This document shows, one piece after another, positions 8,269 through 18,093 of a stretch of DNA of 64,000 nucleotides. The position numbers and the translations under genes were made by a program. How positions within the stretch are numbered: position 1 is the stretch's first letter; every line of letters starts with the position of its first letter. The notes beneath the pieces are model-generated. The model ran no database searches. It was given only the letters and a program-made list of their open reading frames with translations, and had not been told where the DNA came from. This stretch comes from Calditrichales bacterium (GTDB taxonomy: Bacteria; Calditrichota; Calditrichia; Calditrichales; J004). The stretch is taken from positions 3,456,001 to 3,520,000 of the forward strand of contig OZ254086.1 of NCBI GenBank assembly GCA_965267575.1. Reading direction: 5' to 3'.

Positions 8269-9552
8269 ATGCTTGATATCCGCTTTATTCGCGAAAACCC
8301 GCAACGTGTCAAAGAAGCCATCAAAGCCAAAAACGAAAACGCAGATGTAGACGCCATCTTAAACCTGGATGAACAACGTCGTGAAATAATCCGCCAGGCA
8401 GAGGCTCTCAAAAAGCAAAGAAACGATAACTCCGCTTTGGTGGGTCAACATAAAAAAGAGAAAAAAGACGCGGGCGAACTTATTGAAAAAACAAAACGCA
8501 TTTCCGCGCAAATAAAACAACTGGACCAGGAGCAGCAGGTTGTTGATAACGCGCTGGAAGACGCTCTAAGCCGCATACCCAACTTGCCCCATCCTACGAC
8601 GCCAATCGGTAAGAGTGCGGCAGACAATAAGGTGGTGAAAGAGTGGGGTACTTTTCCGAAATTTGATTTTAAAGCCAAGGATCATCTCACGCTCGGCGAG
8701 CAGCTCGATATCCTGGATTTTAAACGCGGCGGCAAAATCTCCGGCAGCGGTTTCCCGGTTTACAAGGGGCTGGGCGCCAGGCTGGAAAGAGCGCTGATCA
8801 ACTACATGCTGGACCTTCACATTGCAAAACACGGCTACACAGAGGTTTTTCCCCCCTTCGTGGTAAACCGCGAAAGTATGTACGGCACGGGGCAAATCCC
8901 AAAGCTTGCCGAAGACATGTACCACATTGAAAAGGACGGTCTTTACCTGATACCTACGGCTGAAGTACCGGTCACCAACCTGCTGCGTGATGAGATTTTG
9001 AATGAGGCCGATCTTCCTGTTAAATATTGCGCCTACAGCGCCTGTTTCCGCCGGGAAGCCGGAAGTTACGGCAAAGACACGCGCGGCTTTCTGCGTGTTC
9101 ACCAATTTAACAAAGTGGAAATGGTCAATTTTGTTCATCCTGATATGTCCTATGATTTTCACGAGCAGCTTTTGCAGGAGGCAACCGAAATCCTCGAAGC
9201 GCTGGATCTGCCGTACCGCGTATTGCTTCTTTGCAGCGGCGATTTGAGCTTTGCCGCCGCCAAATGTTATGACATCGAAACCTGGTCTGTGGCCGAGAAC
9301 AAATGGCTGGAAACATCGAGTGTATCCAATTTTGAAGATTTTCAGGCGCGGCGCGCCGCTATCCGGTTCAAGAGCGGGCAGGGCGGCAAACCCGCTTTTG
9401 TCCATACGCTCAACGGCTCAGGCCTGGCGACATCAAGGCTGATTGTTTCGCTGATGGAGCACTACCAGCAGGCTGACGGTAGTATTAAGGTGCCGCAGGT
9501 TTTACGTCCCTATATGGGCGGTACAGACAGGATCGCCGCCAATGATCAGTGA
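8269..9552 (+). CDS. serS: Serine--tRNA ligase
   Basis: MLDIRFIREN start, LIPTAEVP, FRREAGSYGKDTRG, RVHQFNKVE, HTLNGSGLA. Confidence 0.98.
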   Translation: MLDIRFIRENPQRVKEAIKAKNENADVDAILNLDEQRREIIRQAEALKKQRNDNSALVGQHKKEKKDAGELIEKTKRISAQIKQLDQEQQVVDNALEDALSRIPNLPHPTTPIGKSAADNKVVKEWGTFPKFDFKAKDHLTLGEQLDILDFKRGGKISGSGFPVYKGLGARLERALINYMLDLHIAKHGYTEVFPPFVVNRESMYGTGQIPKLAEDMYHIEKDGLYLIPTAEVPVTNLLRDEILNEADLPVKYCAYSACFRREAGSYGKDTRGFLRVHQFNKVEMVNFVHPDMSYDFHEQLLQEATEILEALDLPYRVLLLCSGDLSFAAAKCYDIETWSVAENKWLETSSVSNFEDFQARRAAIRFKSGQGGKPAFVHTLNGSGLATSRLIVSLMEHYQQADGSIKVPQVLRPYMGGTDRIAANDQ

Positions 9553-10168
9553 GCGTCAACTGCGTCTTGCCATGTGCGCTGTCGGCAGCGAGATGTACGA
9601 TCGCCGTTACATCGTTGCCAGCGACGGCAATATCAGTGTGCGTCTCGGTGAGGATAACATGCTGATCACGTCGTCGGGCGCCTGTAAAGGCAAAATGCGT
9701 CCCGATGACCTGGTGGTTGTATCGCTGAGTGGCGAAAAAAAACGGGGTATGGGCAGCCTTTCCAGTGAGTGGCAGATGCATAGCGCTATTTACAAAACGC
9801 GGGCCGATTTCAATGCCATCGTGCACGGCCATCCTTTGTTTGCGACTACCTTTGCGGCATGCGGACTGGCCCTGGACGAATATGTGTTGCCGGAGATCAT
9901 CACTACATTGGGACACATTCCGCTTGCCAGGTATGCCACGCCGGGCAGCGCCGCTGTTGGTGAAAACGTTAAAACACACATCAAACGCTATAACGCTGTA
10001 TTGCTGGAAAATCACGGCGTTGTTACCGCCGGCCGCAATCTGGACGAGGCCTTTCAGCATTTTGAACGTGTGGAACATGCCGCGCAGATTGTGTATCAGT
10101 CTCGCGTGCTTGGCAAATTGCAGACACTGGGCAAACGCGAGGTAGACGAATTATTGGGAGGCGATTAA
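9542..10168 (+). CDS. Class II aldolase/adducin family protein (FucA-like)
   Basis: DGNISVR, SSEWQMH, IVHGHP and LLENHG zinc-binding motifs. Confidence 0.9.
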   Translation: MISERQLRLAMCAVGSEMYDRRYIVASDGNISVRLGEDNMLITSSGACKGKMRPDDLVVVSLSGEKKRGMGSLSSEWQMHSAIYKTRADFNAIVHGHPLFATTFAACGLALDEYVLPEIITTLGHIPLARYATPGSAAVGENVKTHIKRYNAVLLENHGVVTAGRNLDEAFQHFERVEHAAQIVYQSRVLGKLQTLGKREVDELLGGD

Positions 10169-10177
10169 GCAATCGCT

Positions 10178-10924
10178 ATGAAAAAAATTATACTGTTTGT
10201 GCGAACGGTTTTTGCGTTTATCGTAATTTTTTTTGGCAGTATGACCGGCGCCATGCTCTGCATCCTTGGCGGGATAATCGATCCATATTCCAAATTCAAC
10301 ACCACCGTAATCAAGATTTGGGCGTCGACGATTTTGTCGGCTTCCGGCGTAAAGGTGGTAGTTGAAGGAAAAGAAAACCTGTCAGCGGAACGTTTCTCAA
10401 TTTATGCCGCTAACCACATGAGTTCATTCGATATCATGGCGATGGTTAAAGCTATCCCTGAGACGGCCCGTTTTATCGCCAAGAAAGAGCTTTTTAAGAT
10501 TCCGGTTTTTGCGCAGGGCATGCGGGCCAGCGGCATGATAGAAGTGGACCGGGGCAACAGCGCCGCCGCACGGGCAAGCATGGATCGGGCCATAAGCACG
10601 ATCAAAAACGGTTGTTCCGTGATTATTTTTCCTGAAGGTACGCGCAGCAAGGATGGCACAATTCATCCCTTTAAAAAGGGCGGCTTTATCCTGGCCATCA
10701 AAGGCGGAATACCGGTGATTCCTACGGTGATTCAGGGCTCTCAACATGTTACGCCTCCGGGCGATAAAATGATTTATCCCGGAACGATTCTTATCCGCTT
10801 TTTGCCGCCGATTGAAGCGGGAAGCTATAGCTATGATGCGCGCAACGACATGATTCGCGACGTCCAGCACCGCGTTGTTGCCGACTTTGATCCCGATTAC
10901 AACCGTGGAGACCATTATGCCTGA
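10178..10924 (+). CDS. plsC: 1-acyl-sn-glycerol-3-phosphate acyltransferase
   Basis: NHMSSFD (HxxxxD), FIAKKEL, FPEGTRS. Confidence 0.9.
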   Translation: MKKIILFVRTVFAFIVIFFGSMTGAMLCILGGIIDPYSKFNTTVIKIWASTILSASGVKVVVEGKENLSAERFSIYAANHMSSFDIMAMVKAIPETARFIAKKELFKIPVFAQGMRASGMIEVDRGNSAAARASMDRAISTIKNGCSVIIFPEGTRSKDGTIHPFKKGGFILAIKGGIPVIPTVIQGSQHVTPPGDKMIYPGTILIRFLPPIEAGSYSYDARNDMIRDVQHRVVADFDPDYNRGDHYA

Positions 10925-11549
10925 TCTGAATATTACCATCCTTGATCATCCCCTTATTCAACAAAAGCTGTTTTACCTGCGCGACAAGCGTACGAACAAT
11001 CTTAATTTCCGCACGATGCTCAACGAGATTGCCGGGTTGATGGTATATGAAATCACCCGTGAATTGCCGGTACGTGCGCGTGAGATGGAGACCCCGCTGG
11101 AAAAAACCACCGGGTATGTTCTTGCCAAAACAGTTACGCTGGTGCCAATTTTAAGGGCCGGCCTGGCCATGTGTGACGGCGTATTGAGCCTTATCCCGCA
11201 CGCCCGGGTGGGGCACGTTGGTTTGTATCGTGACAAGGATTCGCTGAAGCCGGTGGAGTATTATGTGAAATTTCCTTCGGACATGAAGGATTCAGAGATT
11301 TTGGTGATTGATCCGATGCTGGCTACGGGTGGTAGTGCAGCGGCAGCAGTTGATGTGGTGAAAAAGTATGGCGGTAAAAATATTTCTTTCATGTGCCTGG
11401 TCGCGGCGCCCGAAGGTGTGCGTGTTTTGCAGGGTGCCCATCCCGATGTACCCATTTTTACGGCCGCGCTGGATCGCGAACTGAACAGCAAAGGCTATAT
11501 TTTGCCGGGTCTGGGTGATGCCGGTGACAGGATTTACGGAACAGAATAA
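10917..11549 (+). CDS. upp: Uracil phosphoribosyltransferase
   Basis: VPILRAG, VIDPMLATGGS, YILPGLGDAGDRIYGT. Start moved to ATG 10917, which follows a GGAG SD. Confidence 0.97.
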   Translation: MPDLNITILDHPLIQQKLFYLRDKRTNNLNFRTMLNEIAGLMVYEITRELPVRAREMETPLEKTTGYVLAKTVTLVPILRAGLAMCDGVLSLIPHARVGHVGLYRDKDSLKPVEYYVKFPSDMKDSEILVIDPMLATGGSAAAAVDVVKKYGGKNISFMCLVAAPEGVRVLQGAHPDVPIFTAALDRELNSKGYILPGLGDAGDRIYGTE

Positions 11550-11626
11550 TAATTTTATGAAAGAATAATTCAGCGTTTGGAATTCGAAATTAAACTACTT
11601 AAGTAACAATCCAACAATTCATTAAT

Positions 11627-13267
11627 TCAACCATCCATGTTTTCTGCATTAAAAATAACCACCCGGTTGCGCCCGCTGTTTTTTGCCTGATACAGCGCTT
11701 TATCCACGTTTATCATAAGGGCTTCAATATCTTTAGCGTCGCAGGGAAAGCTGGCAACACCCATGCTTATCGTAAGTCTTTTGCCGGGTTGGTTTTGCTC
11801 TTTGTGGAAGTTTTCCTGTTCGACCAGTTTATGAAGTTTTTCGGCGATTACGGATGCCTCTTTTTTTGTTAGCTCCGGCAAGAGCACCACAAATTCTTCA
11901 CCACCGTAACGGGCAACCATGTCGGTGCGCCTCGTATTGTCATCAACCAGTTTAGCGATTTTCTTCAAAATCTGGTCTCCGGCCTGGTGGCCGTTCTTAT
12001 CGTTATAGTTTTTAAAATGATCGATATCGAACATCAGGATCGAGAAAACGGTGTTAAAGCGTTGTACACGGTTTACCTCACGCTCCAGCTCGCGCATCAG
12101 GTGGCGGTAGTTATATACGCCGGTCAGACCGTCTGTAATCGCCTGCTGCTCCTTGATCTTGTAAGTTTCCAGCAAACGGTGATAAAGCAGCATATTTTCG
12201 TATATCGTTCCAACTGTTTGCACAAACGATTTAAGAATACGCACTTCGTACGTGGCCAGGCTTTCTTCCTCGAAGCCTTTATCTATGTAAATGATGTACT
12301 TGGAAGGCTGCGCCGGCTGCTCCCCGTCTGAGACGGAACGCAAAATCTGTGTGGCATCGCTGCGCGCCGAAAGATCGCTCAGGTTGCTCAGGATAAATGA
12401 TGTCGATTCAAAAACCTGGCTGATATCTTCCAGGCGGTTTTCCGAGATTTCCTCGTAATTATGCAGCCAGATCAGACCTCCCTGTTCGCGCATGCGCTTC
12501 AAAAAGCCGTCTCCCAGAAAGAGCTTTTTGCCCATAAGCATTTTGCGCTCGATGCCGGCGAAGTAAAGCGGCTTTAGCCTGCCATTGTTGCGGCCCAGTT
12601 CAAAAATAACGCATCTTTGAAGCTTAAAACCTTCCAGCGTTTTAGCGGGCAGCATGCTTAATATCAGGTCCGGGTTTTCCGTTTTGCGCAGTTCATTGGC
12701 CAGGTTATTCAGGTAAAACAGACGATCGTTGTATTGGGAAAGCTCTTCCTTGGACTCCGTCAGCTCTTTATTGAGACGTGCCAGGTTTTCGTTGGCGGTT
12801 TCCATTTCGATGATCTTTGACGAAAGTTTTTCAACAAGCTGGATGGTGTACTTTTTGAGATAAACTTCCTGCTGTTCGCTGCTGAGTTTGTCTCGGCGAC
12901 CTTTGAGAAACTGGTCAACATTCAGCAGAAATTCATTCACATTGATTGGCTTGTTGATGAAGCCATCGCAGCCTGCGGCCAGCGTCAGTTCCTTGATGTC
13001 TTCACGCGTTTCGGCGGTTAGGGCTATGACCGGAGTATCTTTCGTCTCCTGCATGCTTTTCAGAAGCGTGGTTACTTCAAAGCCCTGCATGTCGGGCAGG
13101 ATCAAATCAATTATAACGAGATCGGGACGTACTTCTTTGGCCACGCGTATACCTTCCAGGGCGCGCCCGGCACCATAGAATGCATATCCCTTCATATGCA
13201 GAATATCCGCCATCAACGAACGCGTTTCCGCGTCGTCTTCTATATAAAGAATACGTTTTTTGGCCAT
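11627..13267 (-). CDS. Response-regulator diguanylate cyclase (REC, coiled coil, GAF-like, GGDEF)
   Basis: REC motifs IEDD, IIDLILP, ALTA and KP. Cyclase motifs DGLTG, FDIDHFK.YND and RRTD...RYGGEEF, so both the I-site and the active site are intact. Confidence 0.93.
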   Translation of the reverse strand: MAKKRILYIEDDAETRSLMADILHMKGYAFYGAGRALEGIRVAKEVRPDLVIIDLILPDMQGFEVTTLLKSMQETKDTPVIALTAETREDIKELTLAAGCDGFINKPINVNEFLLNVDQFLKGRRDKLSSEQQEVYLKKYTIQLVEKLSSKIIEMETANENLARLNKELTESKEELSQYNDRLFYLNNLANELRKTENPDLILSMLPAKTLEGFKLQRCVIFELGRNNGRLKPLYFAGIERKMLMGKKLFLGDGFLKRMREQGGLIWLHNYEEISENRLEDISQVFESTSFILSNLSDLSARSDATQILRSVSDGEQPAQPSKYIIYIDKGFEEESLATYEVRILKSFVQTVGTIYENMLLYHRLLETYKIKEQQAITDGLTGVYNYRHLMRELEREVNRVQRFNTVFSILMFDIDHFKNYNDKNGHQAGDQILKKIAKLVDDNTRRTDMVARYGGEEFVVLLPELTKKEASVIAEKLHKLVEQENFHKEQNQPGKRLTISMGVASFPCDAKDIEALMINVDKALYQAKNSGRNRVVIFNAENMDG

Positions 13268-13382
13268 TAAACCCGCTTATCACACAAAAAGATGATTGTT
13301 GATACTCGTTATTATGGAACAAAAGTTTATTGCTTTTCGACAGGGAATAGAACTAATATGCTAAAATACGATTCGGCGGTTA

Positions 13383-15161
13383 TTATTCAAGCCTTTTAAT
13401 ACAAAGCACCGTTATATCGTCGTCTTTGGTGGGGTCTCCGGCAAATTCATAGAGCGCTTCAATAAGCTTTTTGTTGAGTTCTTCGCAATTGAGGCTTTTT
13501 TCAATATGCGTATAAAAATCGATAACGCGCTCTTCATCAAACGGCTCTTCCTGTGGGCTCATTGCTTCGGTTACGCCGTCTGTAAACATGGTCAGCAGAG
13601 AGCTTGGCGGCATTTCCACTTCGCCGGTCTCATATTCCATGTCGGCCATCATGCCAAGAATAATGCCACCCTTGTCGAGCACGTCAAACGTATTGTCGCT
13701 ATGAAAAAGGTAGGGCGGGTTATGTCCCGCGTTTACATAGCTTAGTTTATTTGTGTTTGTGTTAAGGCGGGCAATAAAGAATGTAATGTACTTTTCCACG
13801 CTTGTGTTCTGAAAAATAAGATTATTCAGGCGGAAGGTCATTTCCGCCAGGGAGATCGGCTCGTTTTGCAGAGTGCGGATACCGGCCTGCAGGTTGGACA
13901 TCAGCAGCGACGCGGGCATGCCCTTACCTGAGACATCCGCTATGGTCAACAGCACTTCTTCATGGTTAAGCTGGATGATGTCAAAATAGTCGCCGCCAAC
14001 ATGCTTGCTTGGAATGTTGATGCCATGAATGTTAAAACGACTGATCTTCGGCATGGCGGACGGCAACAGACGGCTTTGGATGCTTTTAGCCAGCGCCAGC
14101 TCTTCTTCCAGGCGCTTCTTCTCCAGCGTCTCCTCGAACAGGCGCGCGTTTTCAAGCGAAATGATGGCAATGTTGGCCAGTGTGGAGAGGAAATCCATTT
14201 CGCCGGAGTTGTAGGGCTCTTTGTTCATTTTTGGCCCCAGAAAAATGTAGCCCTGCACGCGGCCCTGCAATACCATCGGTGTAATGACTTGTACGTTGGC
14301 CTCATGCAGCCTTTTCTCAACCCTGGATCCGGACGCGTTGATGATATGGGGAGCAGACGATTCCGCCAAAGGGTCCGCTGCATCCCAAACCGATTGGACA
14401 TTCAGCTTGTTAAAAGACAAGCCCTTTTTAAAAACAGTAATAAGCTCTTTTGATTCCTCGTCCTGGCACAGGGCAACAATAAATTGATTGATCAGCATTT
14501 GTCCCATGAGCGAATAGGAGAGTCGTTTGAGGATTTCGTCCTGTTCAAAAACGCGGTTTAATTCTTTGCCTATTTCGAACAGCGTATTCAGTTCCTGAAC
14601 TTTGTGGTCCAGCTGCCGGTTTACCTGGCTCAGCTTATCCACCACTCTGGCATTTTCAATGGCCGGCGCGGCAATCATGCCGAGCGATTTCAAAAAGTGG
14701 ATCTCTTCTTCTTCGTAAGGCTTTTGAGTGAGCTTTTTACCGTAGGTCATAAGACCGCGCAGCTCTCCGCGGCTTTGAATGGGAATAATCAGGTCAATTT
14801 TGTTGGTGACAAAAAGGTCAGGTGCATCCGCACCCAGTTGCTCGCTAAAAAATACATCTTTGGGCTGGTTCTTAAGCTGAATTTCCTGACCGATAAGGTC
14901 GCGCGGCAGGCCCTTTACCGTTGATACCGTAAAACGACGCGGGTCTTGCGGTTGCGGCAGCAGGATACAGCCCTTGCCGATCATCATGCGGCCCATCGGA
15001 ACAAACAGCAGGTTGGATAAAATGGCGGAAAGGTCGAGCGTGCTGTTCAGCGATTGGCTTAATTCAAACAAAGCCGACAGCTCTATGTGGCGTCTGTCCA
15101 GGTTTTCCGCGGAGAGATTTTCCTGGTTCCTTAAGCGGAAACTGCTGAGATACTCGCTCAT
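13383..15161 (-). CDS. Soluble GAF-GAF-PP2C (SpoIIE/RsbU-like) serine phosphatase
   Basis: Two GAF-like repeats, each ending 'ENAR'. Phosphatase motifs VGGDYFD, IADVSGKG, NAGHNPP, FTDGVTE, DDIT. Confidence 0.92.
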   Translation of the reverse strand: MSEYLSSFRLRNQENLSAENLDRRHIELSALFELSQSLNSTLDLSAILSNLLFVPMGRMMIGKGCILLPQPQDPRRFTVSTVKGLPRDLIGQEIQLKNQPKDVFFSEQLGADAPDLFVTNKIDLIIPIQSRGELRGLMTYGKKLTQKPYEEEEIHFLKSLGMIAAPAIENARVVDKLSQVNRQLDHKVQELNTLFEIGKELNRVFEQDEILKRLSYSLMGQMLINQFIVALCQDEESKELITVFKKGLSFNKLNVQSVWDAADPLAESSAPHIINASGSRVEKRLHEANVQVITPMVLQGRVQGYIFLGPKMNKEPYNSGEMDFLSTLANIAIISLENARLFEETLEKKRLEEELALAKSIQSRLLPSAMPKISRFNIHGINIPSKHVGGDYFDIIQLNHEEVLLTIADVSGKGMPASLLMSNLQAGIRTLQNEPISLAEMTFRLNNLIFQNTSVEKYITFFIARLNTNTNKLSYVNAGHNPPYLFHSDNTFDVLDKGGIILGMMADMEYETGEVEMPPSSLLTMFTDGVTEAMSPQEEPFDEERVIDFYTHIEKSLNCEELNKKLIEALYEFAGDPTKDDDITVLCIKRLE

Positions 15162-15622
15162 GCCTTTTCTTTACTTTTACTGTTTTTAAGATATTTGATG
15201 AGCTTTACCTGGTTTTTTACACCGGGATTAAAAGAGTAAATAACTTCGTCCATCAGCGTTTTCATCAGGTGAATGCCAAGGCCGCCCATTTTAGCCTCAT
15301 GGATATATTTGTTCAGGTCCGGTTTGGGCAGCGCGCCCGGATCGAACCCCGCTCCCTTATCGCTGATAACTATTTCAATCCGCCTCGCGTCATAATTCAC
15401 TTCAAGGTCGATCTTGCGGCGCGCATCAAACTTGTGGGCATGCTTTATCACATTGGTGCATGCTTCGTCCACGGCAAGAGAAATCTGATCGGCACGTTCT
15501 TCCACAAAACCCGCCTTTAAGGCCAAACTATGCACAAACTCCCGCACCACTTCCAGGTTATCCGTACGGCTGGGAAAGCGAATCTTATAGTTTTGCTTGC
15601 CAGTTCTTTTCATATTATTCAC
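15158..15622 (-). CDS. rsbW: Anti-sigma factor / serine kinase (RsbW/SpoIIAB-like); start may be ATG 15613
   Basis: HATPase motifs LAVDEACTNVIKHA, ISDKGAGFD, GGLGIHLMKTLMD. Confidence 0.9.
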   Translation of the reverse strand: MNNMKRTGKQNYKIRFPSRTDNLEVVREFVHSLALKAGFVEERADQISLAVDEACTNVIKHAHKFDARRKIDLEVNYDARRIEIVISDKGAGFDPGALPKPDLNKYIHEAKMGGLGIHLMKTLMDEVIYSFNPGVKNQVKLIKYLKNSKSKEKA

Positions 15623-15636
15623 TTTGGGATTTGTGC

Positions 15637-15990
15637 TTATTTGGAATCATTATAACGTTCTTTAGCTTCGCCTTCTTCATCAAAAATTTCATACAAGGCA
15701 GGAAAGCCCAGCAAATCAAATACTTTATAGACTTTGCGCGACATATTGCTCAGCTTTATGTCACCGCCTTTTTCGCGTATTTCTTCAATAAAACCCATAA
15801 ATACGCCAAGCCCGGCACTGCTTATATAATCCAGGTCTTTCATGTTAACGATTATTTTTACCCGTTCTTCTTCTATTAGCGAACTGAGCCCTTCCTCAAA
15901 TTGGGGGGCCGTGTGCGCGTCCAGAAATCCCTTCAGGTAAAGAACCGAAATTTCATCATGGTCCGATCGGTTTACTTCAAAACCACTCAT
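15637..15990 (-). CDS. rsbV: STAS anti-anti-sigma factor (RsbV/SpoIIAA-like)
   Basis: LKGFLDAHTAP and DYISSAGLG, which contains the phosphoacceptor Ser. Confidence 0.92.
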   Translation of the reverse strand: MSGFEVNRSDHDEISVLYLKGFLDAHTAPQFEEGLSSLIEEERVKIIVNMKDLDYISSAGLGVFMGFIEEIREKGGDIKLSNMSRKVYKVFDLLGFPALYEIFDEEGEAKERYNDSK

Positions 15991-16011
15991 TCAAGCCTCC
16001 AAATGGGTTTT

Positions 16012-18093
16012 TTAGCATTTTATCAATATTAAAGTTAAATCGTCGTGCAGATTACGCCCGTCGACAAATTTTAGAATTTCATCAATTACCATTTCTTTTA
16101 GCTGTTCGGCGCTGCAGCCGGCGTTTTGCTTGATGACTTCGCATAATCTCTCTTCGCCAAATTCATCATCATCATGGTTCATGGCTTCAGACAGGCCGTC
16201 CGTAAAAAGCGCCACGATATCGTCTTTTTCGAGACTCACTTTTTGTTCTCTTAGAGTTGATTCAAACACTTTTTTGCGGTCCATGCCGATAGCGATACCG
16301 CTGGGCTGGTAAATATGCGTCGATTTGCTTTGTGAGCGATAATGCAAAACGGGGCAGTGCCCGGCACGTGCAAAAGTAAGTTCGCGTTTTTCGTAATTCA
16401 AATAAGCAGCGATGAGCGTTATAAAGGAAGCCCTGTCAAGCGAATCAAATAATATGCGGTTGGTATTTACCAGGATATCAAAAGGCGTCGTATGGCTTCG
16501 AGTAATGGATTGAATGATGCCCTTTGTTTCGGCCATGTAAAAGGCGGCGGAGGTGCCTTTGCCGCTAACATCGCCGATGATCAGCCCCAGCCCCTTTTTG
16601 CCGTTGGAATAAAAATCATAATAATCGCCGCCCACTTCATAAGCCGTTATGGTCAGGGTGTCGATATCAAATCCAGGTGGTGTGGGCACCTTCTGCGGCA
16701 GCAGCCGCAGCTGTACCTCGCGGGCAATCTGAAGCTCGCGTTCCATTCGTTCCTGTTCCAGCGATTTCTTGATCAGACGTGCATTCTCCAGCGCCGCGGC
16801 AGCCTGGTTGGCGTAAGCCTCCAGCATATTGGTATCGTCCGGATCGAACCCGTACTCGTGAACCTTTGTAGCGAAAATAATCCCCAAGACCTGTTCCGTG
16901 CTGGAAAGAAGCGGAGCCGCCGCCAGCGAGCCGATATCTTTTTTCCATTTGCGCAACGCCTGGTACTCTTTGCTTTTTGACAAGTTGTTTACGGAAAAGG
17001 CCGTTTTGGTGCGCACAATCTGTTCGCTGATATCATGTAAAACCGGCTCACCGATAGCCTCCAGTTCTGCGGTTTCCATATTGTTGGCCGCCGCCGTGTA
17101 CAGCCTGTCGCGATTACTGTCATAAAGCTGGATCCATGTATAGTTGGATTCAATCACATCGGTGGTCATGCGCGTGATGATCTTGATCAGCTTTTCCTGG
17201 TCGAATTCCGCGGAGATAACGCGGCTGAGCTGGTGCAATGAGCGCACCTCCATCATCTTGCGGTCGAATACACGCGCCGTGGGCAGGTGGAACAAAAAGG
17301 CAATACAGGTAAAAATTGTGTAAAAAAACAGAAAATACCAGCTAAGGTTTGTAAAGGCGGCAAGGCCTACGCTGTGCGAAGCAACGGCATCACGAAAAGC
17401 AAAATCAAACAGGAAAGCCACCACCCAGACCATGATGAAGGAAAAGGCGAAATAGCTGAATTTTTCTTTACGGGACAGGTATGTTATCCAGTTGTTGTGT
17501 GTAGACAACATGACAAAGAAAATGAGGGTAAGCACCAGCGTGCCGGAAACAAGGTAATTGCCCGGGCTAAAGTTTATATCCAGCGGTACCCGCATCACGA
17601 TCGTAATGACAATGGCTACACCGGAACTGATCAGCGCGATTATCAAATAGAGCAGGGAACGCTCTTTTTGCTTGTAAAAGATCAGGTTTTTGATGATGAT
17701 CAGCAGCGGCACCAGGAAGACGACACCAGCCATCGAAATAAGGTTGCTGAAAAAGAGGCTTGAAATCGTTTCCGGCAGTTTCGGGAAATCCGTGGCGCTG
17801 AAACTGGGCGAAAGGAGCTGCTGCCACAAAAATACCCACACATACAATCCGGCGAGAATTTTAATAAAGTTTCGCAGATTTTTGTGGATATCGGTGGTAT
17901 TCAGAAAAGAGAATTGTTTTATGTAGAAATAAAAAATGACAATGTTGACCAGGTTGATCAGCTCGTCGAGGTATTCCCACTGGCTAAAGGTAAGTGAGCT
18001 TGAATAGCGCAATACATCAAAGAAGAAAGTGATCAGCCCGAAGGCTATAAAAGCGATCAGCAGAAGCTTGGATGGAAAGCGTATATTCTTCAT
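16012..18093 (-). CDS. Membrane-anchored GAF-PP2C (SpoIIE/RsbU-like) phosphatase
   Basis: About 8 hydrophobic segments in the first 270 aa, then a GAF domain, VGGDYYD, IGDVSGKG, RAGH, FTDGLSE and DDLT. Confidence 0.92.
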   Translation of the reverse strand: MKNIRFPSKLLLIAFIAFGLITFFFDVLRYSSSLTFSQWEYLDELINLVNIVIFYFYIKQFSFLNTTDIHKNLRNFIKILAGLYVWVFLWQQLLSPSFSATDFPKLPETISSLFFSNLISMAGVVFLVPLLIIIKNLIFYKQKERSLLYLIIALISSGVAIVITIVMRVPLDINFSPGNYLVSGTLVLTLIFFVMLSTHNNWITYLSRKEKFSYFAFSFIMVWVVAFLFDFAFRDAVASHSVGLAAFTNLSWYFLFFYTIFTCIAFLFHLPTARVFDRKMMEVRSLHQLSRVISAEFDQEKLIKIITRMTTDVIESNYTWIQLYDSNRDRLYTAAANNMETAELEAIGEPVLHDISEQIVRTKTAFSVNNLSKSKEYQALRKWKKDIGSLAAAPLLSSTEQVLGIIFATKVHEYGFDPDDTNMLEAYANQAAAALENARLIKKSLEQERMERELQIAREVQLRLLPQKVPTPPGFDIDTLTITAYEVGGDYYDFYSNGKKGLGLIIGDVSGKGTSAAFYMAETKGIIQSITRSHTTPFDILVNTNRILFDSLDRASFITLIAAYLNYEKRELTFARAGHCPVLHYRSQSKSTHIYQPSGIAIGMDRKKVFESTLREQKVSLEKDDIVALFTDGLSEAMNHDDDEFGEERLCEVIKQNAGCSAEQLKEMVIDEILKFVDGRNLHDDLTLILIKC